64,000 bases of DNA from Octopus bimaculoides (Eukaryota): assembly GCF_001194135.2 (NCBI RefSeq), contig NC_068982.1, forward strand, positions 49,523,990 to 49,587,989, written 5' to 3'. This document shows positions 52,653 to 64,000 of the stretch, piece after piece (position 1 is the stretch's first letter; each line of letters begins with the position of its first letter). A program made the position numbers and the translations under genes. The notes under the pieces were generated by a model. The model saw only the letters and a list, made by a program, of their open reading frames with translations, was not told the origin of the DNA and made no database searches.

Positions 52653-53349
52653 TGTGGTGTGGTGTGGTGTGTTACTTCACTTCATGTGATAGATGTATTT
52701 GAATATCACCATCATGCAAGTAGTTTCTGTTTTCAATCTTCTATGGTCAGCAGGAAATATTACTTTATTTGCAAACAGGTGAGGGTTGGTGACAGGTAGG
52801 GCATCCAGATGTTGAAAATCTGCCTCAACAAATTCTGTCCAACCCATGCAAGCATGGAAAAGTGAATATGTTGATGATGTCAATGATGATGACAACAATG
52901 ATGAATCTATAGGCTTGATAGTTTTTGTACTCTCTTTCTCTCTCTCACTCTTTTGTTTTTGCATCTTCCATCTATCTGTTTCCCCAAATCACTAACTGTA
53001 ATTAACAGTAAGCTCAGCACATAAAAGATGAAAGTGTGAAGCCTTATGAATCTAAACAATTTTTACAATTCTTTTATATTGTCCAGAAGTATGGTAATGA
53101 TGGCAGAAAGTATACAGTATGCCACTAGCAATTGATTGAGACCTCTCTCACAAGAAAAGCTGTAGATATAAAAGTTCTTTATTTCAGTGTTAAGAAATGC
53201 TAGTTCAGTTCACAAATAATGCATTCAGTGAATGCAGAGCTCTTCTAATTTATGTGTTTTGAGGGTGCATGTGTGTATGTGTAGCAATGTAACTGCAGGT
53301 GTGCCACAGGTGATTTCTTCTCTATCTTCGGACTTTTCCCTTTCTCCTT

Positions 53350-53376
53350 CAAATGAAGAGCTATGCTCGAAATGTC
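53350..53376 (+). ncRNA. Decayed minimal hammerhead relic
   Basis: CAAATGA-A-GAGC(TAT)GCTC-GAAA-T-GTC. Core CTGATGA carries 2 substitutions and GAAAC is CpG-decayed; stem I is not intact. Confidence 0.4.
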
Positions 53377-53606
53377 GAACTCTTGCCTTCCTATGAGCAT
53401 CAAGCTAATACATTTCTTGTGCACATTCTCATGTTTGCTTTTTCATCTGAATTGACTATATATATATATATATATATATATAGATATGCAGGGCAGGGAA
53501 TCATCAATTAGTAATAAAATTAATAATTAACGATTCTGCCGGGTAGCTCAGTATGAAAAAAAACTTTTTCGGTAAAATTTATAATCATAAATATATAAAT
53601 ATATTT

Positions 53607-54233
53607 NNNNNNNNNNNNNNNNNNNNNNNNNNNNNNNNNNNNNNNNNNNNNNNNNNNNNNNNNNNNNNNNNNNNNNNNNNNNNNNNNNNNNNNNNNNNNN
53701 NNNNNNNNNNNNNNNNNNNNNNNNNNNNNNNNNNNNNNNNNNNNNNNNNNNNNNNNNNNNNNNNNNNNNNNNNNNNNNNNNNNNNNNNNNNNNNNNNNNN
53801 NNNNNNNNNNNNNNNNNNNNNNNNNNNNNNNNNNNNNNNNNNNNNNNNNNNNNNNNNNNNNNNNNNNNNNNNNNNNNNNNNNNNNNNNNNNNNNNNNNNN
53901 NNNNNNNNNNNNNNNNNNNNNNNNNNNNNNNNNNNNNNNNNNNNNNNNNNNNNNNNNNNNNNNNNNNNNNNNNNNNNNNNNNNNNNNNNNNNNNNNNNNN
54001 NNNNNNNNNNNNNNNNNNNNNNNNNNNNNNNNNNNNNNNNNNNNNNNNNNNNNNNNNNNNNNNNNNNNNNNNNNNNNNNNNNNNNNNNNNNNNNNNNNNN
54101 NNNNNNNNNNNNNNNNNNNNNNNNNNNNNNNNNNNNNNNNNNNNNNNNNNNNNNNNNNNNNNNNNNNNNNNNNNNNNNNNNNNNNNNNNNNNNNNNNNNN
54201 NNNNNNNNNNNNNNNNNNNNNNNNNNNNNNNNN
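53607..54233. other. Assembly gap (largest). Others: 25745-26002, 32189-32198, 48076-48181, 58691-58760, 59830-59847, 61394-61486
   Basis: Runs of N, mostly flanked by microsatellites. Confidence 1.
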
Positions 54234-54928
54234 CATCCATAAAGCTAAGCACTTCATGGATGCAAAACCACTGGTCACTATGACCGGACATATATTTAAC
54301 TTCATGTAAATACATTACTGCTCTAACTTTTCAAGTGTGCTTCTTTTTCAGATATATGACCCACTAACAATATATATATATATATATATATATACATGTT
54401 TACACATACGTACACACATGTGCATGTATACCACATATATACATGCACATGTATACATGCATATCTGTGACAGTGTGAGTGTATGCTTATGTGTGTATAT
54501 ATAGCAAGCAAGAAAGAACACAATGTGTGCTACACCAATTCCATTGAAATGCTTTTTATTAGAAAGACTAGTTGAAGAGTTAGATGTTGATAAGGACTGT
54601 GCTCTGTTTTCTAGTTTGTAGTATATGAAGAAAGGTATATTCTGCTGAAGACAGCATGTATAGGAAGAATATTTTTTGTTGGACAGCAGTGTACATAAAA
54701 GAAAGAGCTATCACTAATTATGTATGTATGCTGATAGGGCACACTAATTAGGATTGGTTTGAGAAAATTAATTCAATTATTAAGAGAAGCTGTAAGTATG
54801 GGAGAGAAAGAGGTCATATTAGAGTTATTTTACGGCAATATGAAATTAAATTCACTGTAGCTGTATGAAAAAAAGTTGGTTTTCCATCTACAAAGTTCTG
54901 GGTTGTCACACTGTGTGGCACCTAGGGT

Positions 54929-55319
54929 TGTTGTTGTTGTTGGCACTCCGTCGATTACGACGTCGAGGGTTCCAGTTGATCCGATCAACGGAACAGCCTG
55001 CTCGTGAAATTAACGTGCAAGTGGTTGAGCACTCCACAGACACGTGTACCCTGAACGTAGTTCTTGGGGATATTCAGCGGGACACAGTGTGACAAGGCTG
55101 ACCTTTTGAATTACAGGCACAACAGAAACAGGAAGTACGAGTGAGAGAAAGTTGTGGTGAAAGAGTACAGCAAGGTTCGCCACCACTCCCTGCCGGAGCC
55201 TCGTGGAGCTTTAGGTGTTTTCGCTCAATAAACACTCACAACGCCTGGTCTGGGAATCAAAACCGCGATCCTATGACCACGAGTCTGCTGCTCTAACTAC
55301 TGGGCCATTGCGCCTCCAC
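54929..55319 (-). mobile_element. Full-length tRNA-derived SINE with (CAA)n tail, nested in a family A SINE
   Basis: 12-bp TSD GGCACCTAGGGT at 54917-54928 and 55320-55331. tRNA-like head TGGCCCAGTAGTTAG..GGTTTTGATTCC. Many CpGs retained. Confidence 0.9.
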
Positions 55320-55928
55320 GGCACCTAGGGTAAAGGTCTTATAATATAGCCCCAAGCTGACAAAAGCCTTGTAAGTGCATTTAGTAGACAAAAACTGAAA
55401 GAAACCTGATTGATTGATTGATGTATATATGTATGTATGTATATATCTGTGTGTGTTGATAAAAACTGATAAACATGAATTCAATGCCATTCCCTTATGT
55501 GTGTGTGCCTTTGTGTTTGACCTTCAGCACCTTATGACAAGTATTGGTTTGTTTACATCCCGGTAGCTTAGCAGTGTGGCAAAATGGATTGATAGAATAA
55601 GTGTCAGGTTTTAGATATAGCATTACTGGGGGAGGGGGGAGAATTTGTTTGACTAAAACCCTTCAAAGTGGTGCCCCAGCATGGCCGCAATCTAATGATC
55701 AAGACAAATAAAATAAAAAGATTTTACAGAGGATAATTGATTTCCCTGACAGAGAATGAAGCATACATTTAAAATAATGCATCCCTTATACAACCTACAA
55801 CACCACTACATGAGAATTTATTCACAAACATTCACCTTTTACAGCTGTAATCCAGTCTTTGCATAAAGTAACCACATATACATTTACATCCATTTTTCAA
55901 AGCTACCATGGCTGTTCTGTGTATACCT

Positions 55929-56156
55929 TGAACTCTTTAGCATTCAGATTTCTCTGTCAAATATATTGCTTATTTATTCACATTGCTTTGAATTTATCAT
56001 GAAATACCTTGTAGCTTTGAGATTTCAGTGATGTGTTTGTATATTTTTAGAATGAAATTGTAGTGTAGTTATGAGAGGTTGGGTCTGGTCATTTTTAACG
56101 TAAAACAGGTAGAGTATTTGGGCTGGATATGGCTGGATTAAATGCTAAAGGGTTAA
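55929..56156. mobile_element. piggyBac-like MITE family 1
   Basis: Ends AATGCTAAAGGGTTAA; interior matches 10219-10446. Confidence 0.8.
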
Positions 56157-58421
56157 AGTGAATCTGGTAGTTGGGCCCTTGTTTGTGAATTCCAGGGCTT
56201 TGAAGAGTCTGGAACCACCTCTTAGCTGCTAGTATACCCAGGTGTACTCTGGTCAGAGTGGTAGCATCTGTCAGGTCCTAGCTGTGGGTTAAATAGTATG
56301 TAACCAGCCAATCAGGATACACTGAAATCATGGGGTGCAGCATGGGATGGTTGTGAACTATTTGGTAAATGAACTTATTGAAACAAAAGCTAATATCACG
56401 AAATGCTGAGCAGATGAATAGACAACAAACTGTCAATGACCAGAATCAACCAATGAAATACAGCAATCGTCTGTAGTTGTGGTGTGTGCCGATGAGATAT
56501 TTTAGTTAACAAAAGACCAGTGTGACTAAAACCTAAGCCAAACATTTATGCCATATCACTTGATCAGGACATCAGGTGTGGAGGAGTTGTATTGGTCTGG
56601 GAAAGTCAACTAACCAAATGATGATGGGATAGATAAATATGTATATATTATTGAGGCATTGTTTTACATCTAAATATCTTTCCTGTCATTAACCCTTGCC
56701 TGTTTTTCAAGTAAGGTATCTCTTTTTTCCTATATCTCTGAAAGCACAAAGCTATCAGATAATTTGTAAGAAGAGAAGTGATAACAAACTGCACTGCTTG
56801 TAGTTTAGTGGTTTTCCATGCAAAGCATATAGGATGTAAGTATTCACACACACACACACACAATGGTCTTTTTACAGTTTTCGCATATCAAATTAACTCA
56901 AAGAGCATTGGTTAGCCAAGGGCTAATGTAAGAAGAAGATACATTCCCAAAGTGCTGTGTAGGACTGAACCTGAAACATGATTGAGAAGCAAATGTCTTA
57001 ACCAGCCAACCATAAATAAAATACTGGCATGAAAGATTCAGGAATCATTATAAAGAGTATTAGACTAATAAAAAAAAAAGAGATAAAATAAAAATTGATA
57101 AACATGAATTCAACACCATCCTCCTATAAGTTGAGAGTCACTTGATAAAACTGTTTATCCAAATTTAATATTCTTATATTCTTCAAAACTCTATTCAAAC
57201 AAGCCTTAAATTAATGTTTCATTTCAGTTAACAGGGCCAAAGGATGCTTATATAAACTACAGAGAAAACAAGTTGAAATTAGAATTCTCTGAACCAGACA
57301 TTAGACAGACAGATCGTATTATAATTTGCTGCACTGAAATACCAAAATAATTCTATGTTTTCCAGAAATATTTGAAGTCCAATCATTTCCAATAGATTTT
57401 GGATGGTTCAGTACTATAATTTTGATTAATACCGCTTGAGGTTTTCTACATTCAGTACATCCTCGAAATAACTTGACAACTTAATGATATTATGAATGGT
57501 AGTCTAAGACGGTAGCTAAGGCATGAAAACATATTTTGTGATAGGATTGTCTTCTTATGAAAAGGAGTTAATCTCATAACCTTAAAGCATACGACAAGAA
57601 GATTAGACTTCATTCAAACTTTAATGCCTATGACAAACACAAAATATTTTCATTAGAAAACTATTACACATCTCTACAATTACTCATATCAAATGAAGAT
57701 ATTTGGTTGAAGAGCCAACCGATCAATTTCAATCTTATTCAGGAGCAATAAAAATAAATTGATATTTCACATATTAGCTGAAGGTGTCAAAATTAAATGA
57801 TTGGGGTAGCTTAATTAAAAATAAATAAACTTTAATGAAATTTCTGTCTGAGTATATGGGGAAGGAACAAATGTGAATTCATTGGTATTGTTTATTGCAG
57901 CCATAACAGAGAAATTCAACTATAAATACATGTTTTAACATGCAGGTGAAAAAAAAAAAGAAGTAAAGTAAAAACTACTCCAGTTTCAGATAGCTAGAAA
58001 CGTAAAATTATAAAATGAATTTTTAAAAACAATTCTGTTCCATTGGAGAATGCAACAGTTTTTCAACTATATGAGAGCACATCAATTACTGCTTGATATT
58101 ATAATACGAAAGATATTTATTAACCGCACAGCACCTTGTATTAATTAACCATTTTATCTCCTGTTTTTTCTCTTAGGTAAGAGGATTTTAGTGTTGTTAG
58201 TTACAGGCCAACCTCACTACTGTTGGTTTCACAAAAAAAAATAAGGTATACTCTGTAATGTTGCTAGTGTTAAGTAGGACATCTAGCCATAAAAACTATG
58301 CCAATACTGAGATACTGGAGCAAGATGTAGTCCTTCGACGGTCTAACAGGGTAACCTATGATGATGATTATGATGGTGTTTAATACTGGAAATGATTATA
58401 GTAAAGTTTATTTGCCAGCAT

Positions 58422-58553
58422 AATGTGGCAGTCCTATAAAGGACGATGTTACTGTTGTTTAAGCCCCAGGAAAACATCTTTTCCAGCTGGTTATCAACAC
58501 ACAGTCTGGGGCTTAAACAATAGTAATATCATCCTTTAAAGGACTGCCACATT
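58422..58553. repeat. Compact 48-bp inverted repeat (hairpin MITE-like), 36-nt loop
   Basis: 58422-58469 vs 58506-58553 match at 44/48 positions. Weaker outer pairing extends to about 58390/58575. Confidence 0.85.
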
Positions 58554-58656
58554 CTGTTGGTTTTTCACTATAATTATTATAATGATAATGTATTAATTAG
58601 TGCAAGAAAGGTAAACAAGAAATTTAGGGAATTGTTATCTCAATGGGGATTGAACA

Positions 58657-58690
<34 letters not shown>

Positions 58691-59404
58691 NNNNNNNNNN
58701 NNNNNNNNNNNNNNNNNNNNNNNNNNNNNNNNNNNNNNNNNNNNNNNNNNNNNNNNNNNNTCACTCTGACTAGTAAAGGACTTTGGACAATAAAAGTGAA
58801 GATTTTACAGATGCTGGAACAGGAGGGTGGGAAGTATTATCTTTTTGATGTGCAATATATCCTACCTTGCATAAAAGTAGGATATGAGTGTGGGTGGGAG
58901 CAGGGGGGGGAGAGTGACAAACAGATAGCCTGACATGATTGTGAACCCGACACTCTGACCACTGAGCCATGCGCTTTCAAAGGCATGAAACACAGATGTT
59001 AAATGGTGATGGCAATGATAATGATGATTCCAGTAGTGACCATTCTGCATTTTTATATATTTGTCTACATTGTCCGCCAACATATTCTTCCAAGATGACA
59101 ACATATGATGTGAGGAAGATTTAGCTGCCATTGCTAGCTGCTCGAATGACAATGTAAAGGTATCATCTATTGGCTCATACAAACATATAACATGAATGGA
59201 CAGATAACACCTACTGAATGGAATATAACTCTGTACTGACAATATAAGGCACCTACAGCATGATACTGATGAAAGATTGACAAGGGAAAAGCACGGCAAA
59301 AAGCAGTGAAGATAGATCTGGGAATACTGAGCCTTGCAAAAGAAATAATGACAAACATGACAATAACAGATCATATGTAATCTAACCTGTGTCACTATAA
59401 AATA

Positions 59405-59825
59405 ATAACGATGATGATGATGAGGAGGAAGATGATGATGATGATCCTGATGATGATGTAGTTAGCAGTGGTGGTGATGATGATGAGGATAAAGTTAGTG
59501 GTGGTGGAGAGGATAATAGTGGTAGTGGTGATGATGATGGTGTAGATAATGATGAAGTTAGTGGTGGTGGTGCCGGAGATAATGATGTGGTGGTAGTGGT
59601 GGTAGCGGCTATGGTGACAATGATGATGATGAAGTTAGTGGTGGGGTTGGTGTTGGTGATGACAATGATGATGAGGGAAAGGTTGAAGTTAGTGATGATA
59701 GTCATTGTTGTTGTGGTAGTGGTGGGGATGATGATGATGATGATGATGATGAAGTTAGTGGTGGTGGTCATCATTGTGGTAGTGATGGCTGCGATGATAA
59801 TAAAGATGAAAAAGTAGATGCTTAT
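59405..59825. repeat. Degenerate (GAT/GGT)n trinucleotide tract
   Basis: Direct reading; abuts an N gap. Confidence 0.9.
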
Positions 59826-60067
59826 GAAGNNNNNNNNNNNNNNNNNNATGGTGGTATTCAGGGTAGTGGTAATTGATTTACAGACAAATTACCATGAAAT
59901 TTTCCTACTTTTCTTCTTACCCACTTTTTTTTTTTTTTTCCTTTTTCCAAATTTTATTAATGAAATTAAGTCACTTCAAACTGAAAGTTCACCATTGAAG
60001 TAATTTAGCAGCATGTTTAGCCAGTAGGCAGACATTATCACGAAATTTTGGGAAAGAGAGAGACAGT

Positions 60068-60105
<38 letters not shown>

Positions 60106-60762
60106 ACCAAAACAAATTCTACATTTCTGAACTAAGCACCCCCACACCCGACAAAAAAAAAAAAGAAAGAAATACAGTATGGTAAAGAAGAAGCCATTTT
60201 TTCAATTTATCATTATTATTATTGTTATTATTGTTGTAGTTTGCTTTTGCTTTAAAATAATTTGCTATGATTTTGATTATTTCCTTAAAAATAAAACTAA
60301 CCGTAAAGGACAAATCAGAATACAAATAGTAAATAAATAAACAAACAAATCCAACTCCTAGTTAGGATTTCTTTTTATTGCTTTTCTAGAATTCTTGCAG
60401 AAAGAAATTTACATTTGCGGTTACATATTAGCTTAAATTTTATAATCGTGTAATTTTTTTCAAGTAGGGATATACACGCACACAAGAAATCTGTGTAACA
60501 ACTGTGATATATTTCTAGTAAACATGGAATTATTTTGGTGCCTCATTGCAGCTGCAAATCCCAGCATGATCTGTTTCACCGATGTCTCTTATTTCAGAGG
60601 GTTCTGATTTCAAAACTAGGTTTTCCTTCAAAGCTTAAACAAAAGTTCTTTTGATCATGTTAATTTAGTTAAGCATTCAGCTAAGACATGTGTGATGTAA
60701 TTCTTAAAGAATATGGAGACATATAAAAGTTTGATATTTTTGTTTTCAAACATTTTTCTAAA

Positions 60763-61060
60763 TTAACCCATTACCTACCAGTGATCTCATATGAGATCAC
60801 TTAAAAATTACAAATTTCGTAATTATCTGTCAATATTTACACATATCTAACCTTTTTGCTATATCTACTAGGTATATTTCTCTGATATTCAAATGAGGTT
60901 TGCTAATTTTTCACCCAATATCTCGCTTATTTCTATTTAAAATGTTATTTTGAAATTTCATTTTGATCATTTCAGCGTGTTTCTAAGGCTGTTTTATGCT
61001 AGAAATCAAAGTTTCATAAAAAAATTCCAGTTAATAGAATTATGGGAGGTAATGGGTTAA
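60763..61060. mobile_element. piggyBac-like MITE family 2
   Basis: TTAA-CCCATTACCT...AGGTAATGGG-TTAA; subterminal perfect 22-bp palindrome 60780-60801. Confidence 0.8.
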
Positions 61061-61486
61061 AGGATTATGATGTTGAATTTGGCTCAAATTGGTTCTTTCT
61101 GTGCTTTCTTTTTGTTTTTGTTTTTATATTAAAAGATTAGCAAGTCCCCTGTGCAAGGATGACAAGCAATTTTGTGAAGCATTCCACATTTCTTTTTATC
61201 ATAAGTGCAGACATGGTTGTGCGATTAAGAAGCTCGCTTTGGAACTACATGGTTGCAGGTTCAAACCTATTGCACAGCACCTTGGACAAGTGTCTTTGAA
61301 GAATGTCATGTGAGTGAATTGATTGATGGAATCTGTGTGGAAGCCAGTTGTATACATACATACATGTGTATATATACATATATATATATATATNNNNNNN
61401 NNNNNNNNNNNNNNNNNNNNNNNNNNNNNNNNNNNNNNNNNNNNNNNNNNNNNNNNNNNNNNNNNNNNNNNNNNNNNNNNNNNNNN

Positions 61487-61517
<31 letters not shown>

Positions 61518-62394
61518 AAGAGAGAGTGAGAGAGTCAACTAATATTGAAGAGATTACAAGAAGCAATGAGAATTTTAGGGAAAAAAATAATAAACATGTG
61601 GAAAATGAACACGTGAGTGTGTTAGTTAATAAGGCATTAAAACAGAATGACTCTCCCCAGATACAACAATATATATATATATATATATATATTTATCGGG
61701 TACATTTAACACCAAAGATGAGATTAATAGCTTCGCCACTCTTTAACAGATCTCACCCACCTCTCATAAAAATACAGGTCCTGTATGTTCATGGAAGGGT
61801 GGATGAGATTTGTGGCATAGAAATATAACAAGAAAACCTCCGACCCTGGTTGCCAGCATCATTATCAGAAACATTGCTACTACTAAATACTACCAGCCTT
61901 CCCATCATTATCATCCGACTTAAGTACAATCATCCTTAATATTTAATATTATTCTGCTGCCAATTGCATATGTAATGCTCTAACTATGGAATGAAATCAA
62001 AGACATAATCTAGTATAAGATATTTAAACTATTCATAATACAATCAACAGATAAACTATGAAAGGAAAATGAAGACATAAACTGTTATAGATACAGCATG
62101 TATACTGTTTATATTTGTCATAAGACAACTGACTGACAAATACTTTAAATTTAAATGTTATATGTATGTATATAGTTTATAATATCATCCAACCTATGGC
62201 AGCATGGAAAACAGATATCAAATAATGATAATGAAGATGGTGATATTTTATTTTGGTCAAGCCAATCTGTTGCTCCCTGTGCTTCCACTGGTGAAACTTA
62301 GAGCAGCAAGAAATTATATATACATTTATTTATCTCAATTATGTTATTGAGTACACTTTCTTCTGACAGCCAACACAAAATGTGTATACATATG

Positions 62395-62437
<43 letters not shown>

Positions 62438-62440
62438 ATA

Positions 62441-63264
62441 CAGGGTGCAATGGATATATTGTTGCCATTTTATATCTTTCATTTCGCACATGCACATTGT
62501 TTGCTTTTGATTTTGTCAACTACACAGTATAGTGGGGTCAGTGGGGCACTATCTGTGAGATAAACAGCACCATGATGCAATTCACTCTGCCAGAAATTTG
62601 AAAACAATATGCTGTACTGCTTGGCATTCATGCCGGATGCTCCAATACGAACAGAAAGTGAACATACAGAACAACCATTCACTTGCCATGTCTTCAAAAC
62701 ATGCACGAGAGTGATAAAAATCAAACATCCAGAGAACATCACTAGTGATGGCGATGTTATGCCTCCATACATTTTCTCACACAGCCTCAGACTCAACACG
62801 GAGGTCTACATCAAGTGCTTGGAGGAGATAGTGCTGCGCTGAGTCAAGAGGATGGCTGCTGGAAGACCCTATATCTGGAAACAGGACTCTGCACCATGCC
62901 ACACAAGGAGGAGGACCCAATCATGGCTGCTAGACAATTTCTGCGACCACATCACACCTAACTCTCCACACTGGAATCCCCTTGATTATGTGTGGGGCAC
63001 AGTTGAGCAAGAGACAAAAAAAAACTCCTTGTAACACCAAAGATGAACTGAAGGCAAGGATTATGGCAGCACTCCCCAGCTTAAACAAGTAGACCATCCA
63101 AAAGAGTTGCAGGAGATTCCGAAATCATCTGGGAGCCATGGTTGAAGCCAATGGCAATTTCAAGATATTTTTATGTAATTTTGGTAAATATATCTGTTAA
63201 AATGAGATGTCAGTGATTTTTTATTTTCGAATAATTTAGATGACAATATATTCACCACACCCTG
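62441..63264 (+). mobile_element. Internally deleted maT/DD37D-like transposon
   Basis: TA-flanked TIRs CAGGGTG.../...CACCCTG; transposase remnant WKQDSAPCHTRRRTQSWLLDNFCDHITPN..NPLDYVW. Same family as 24261-25699. Confidence 0.9.
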
Positions 63265-63908
63265 TATATATCTTTTAGAACCCATAGTTTAGTGAGGCAA
63301 GCATTATACTTCATTTATTATTTCAAGTCTAAATAAATGCACTTTTCTGAAGTACAAAGCAAGGAAGTAGTAAAGCATGTTAAGACTTGTAAAAGCTTAA
63401 CCAATAGAGTTATACCATGGCAGAATAATACTGCAGATAGCTTATGTTTTTGATTTCCTTTTATAGTGAAGATTATTTACTTATTGATAAAATGATAAAA
63501 ATAATAGAAAGCAACTCCCAAAGTAGAAGAGGTCACAAGTTTATAACAAAGAATACAGTTTTCAAAGATATTCTCTCCTAAGATAGCACTATTTGTGATC
63601 TTTACACCATTTTAAGAATCAAATACTAAAAAATAAAATTACTGTTTCAATGGAAATTATGCATTTCATGGTTCTTTATCAACTTTTAATTCTCTTATAA
63701 TTTCAAAATAGCCATGGAATTACCATGGGTCATACTGCTATTTATTATCATGTTTTTATCAAATGTGCATAACTTCCATGAATGCTTAAACACTACACTG
63801 GTATTTAGTGGTAATCCTCCACTAAAAGTCACCATAAAGATATATATGTGTGTGTGTGTATATATATATATATAGGTATAAAATTTTCTAAATCTGATAG
63901 ACTTTCAG

Positions 63909-64000
63909 CTCCCATACTACCCAAGAAGACCTGTACTCCACAGCAGAAGTGTTAAGACTGCTACCTCTGGTGAAGAGGATTTGACTGCAAGAGTCCTGTG
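63909..64000 (+). CDS. Weak candidate exon at window edge: LPYYPRRPVLHSRSVKTATSGEEDLTARVL...
   Basis: Acceptor gactttcag, locally higher GC, frame open to the window end. Donor lies outside the window. Confidence 0.25.

Noticed and set aside
53520-54315. Longest ORFs in the track (229-261 aa)
   Set aside because: Composed of X from an N gap; the same applies to ORFs at 25537, 47858-48331, 58557-58933 and 61245-61828.
55240-55319. tRNA-like sequence (also about 33770-33835 and 40440-40505)
   Set aside because: SINE heads: they lack a complete cloverleaf and continue into SINE bodies.
59382-59817. Thr/Ser/Ile- or Val/Met-rich ORFs resembling mucin or membrane proteins
   Set aside because: Degenerate GAT/GGT trinucleotide repeat with no splice support.
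1-64000. CRISPR arrays, prokaryotic operons or defence systems
   Set aside because: Sequence is clearly animal nuclear DNA; no regularly spaced repeat-spacer structure or bacterial-type ORFs.

Overview
Eukaryotic, AT-rich, repeat-dense genomic DNA with 7 assembly gaps. The SINE, LINE and microsatellite complement looks like an octopus (coleoid cephalopod) genome; this is inferred from repeat motifs, not a database hit. Most of the window appears to be intron of an unidentified minus-strand protein-coding gene. Two internal exons are well supported (44189-44295, 34133-34263) and a few others are weak. The rest is mainly transposable-element debris: dozens of tRNA-derived SINEs; fragments of RTE, CR1/L2-like, R4/Dong-like and CRE-like LINEs; two clades of Penelope-like elements (PLEs); a full-length decayed mariner; DD37D maT-like elements; piggyBac-, hAT- and Tc1-type MITEs; and a candidate non-autonomous Helitron. 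No intact long ORF, rRNA, tRNA gene or CRISPR array is present. Most ORFs in the supplied track are microsatellite or N-gap artefacts. The most notable signals not captured by the ORF track are type I hammerhead ribozyme motifs: 23984-24046 (+), 39944-39987 (-, inside a 200-bp element with a 12-bp TSD), and a decayed copy at 53350. Also notable are a CxCx5C GIY-YIG Penelope next to a fold-back duplication, several long intronic inverted repeats that could form dsRNA, and a maT element bounded by two left ends. All coordinates were counted by hand; boundaries of decayed repeats are approximate.
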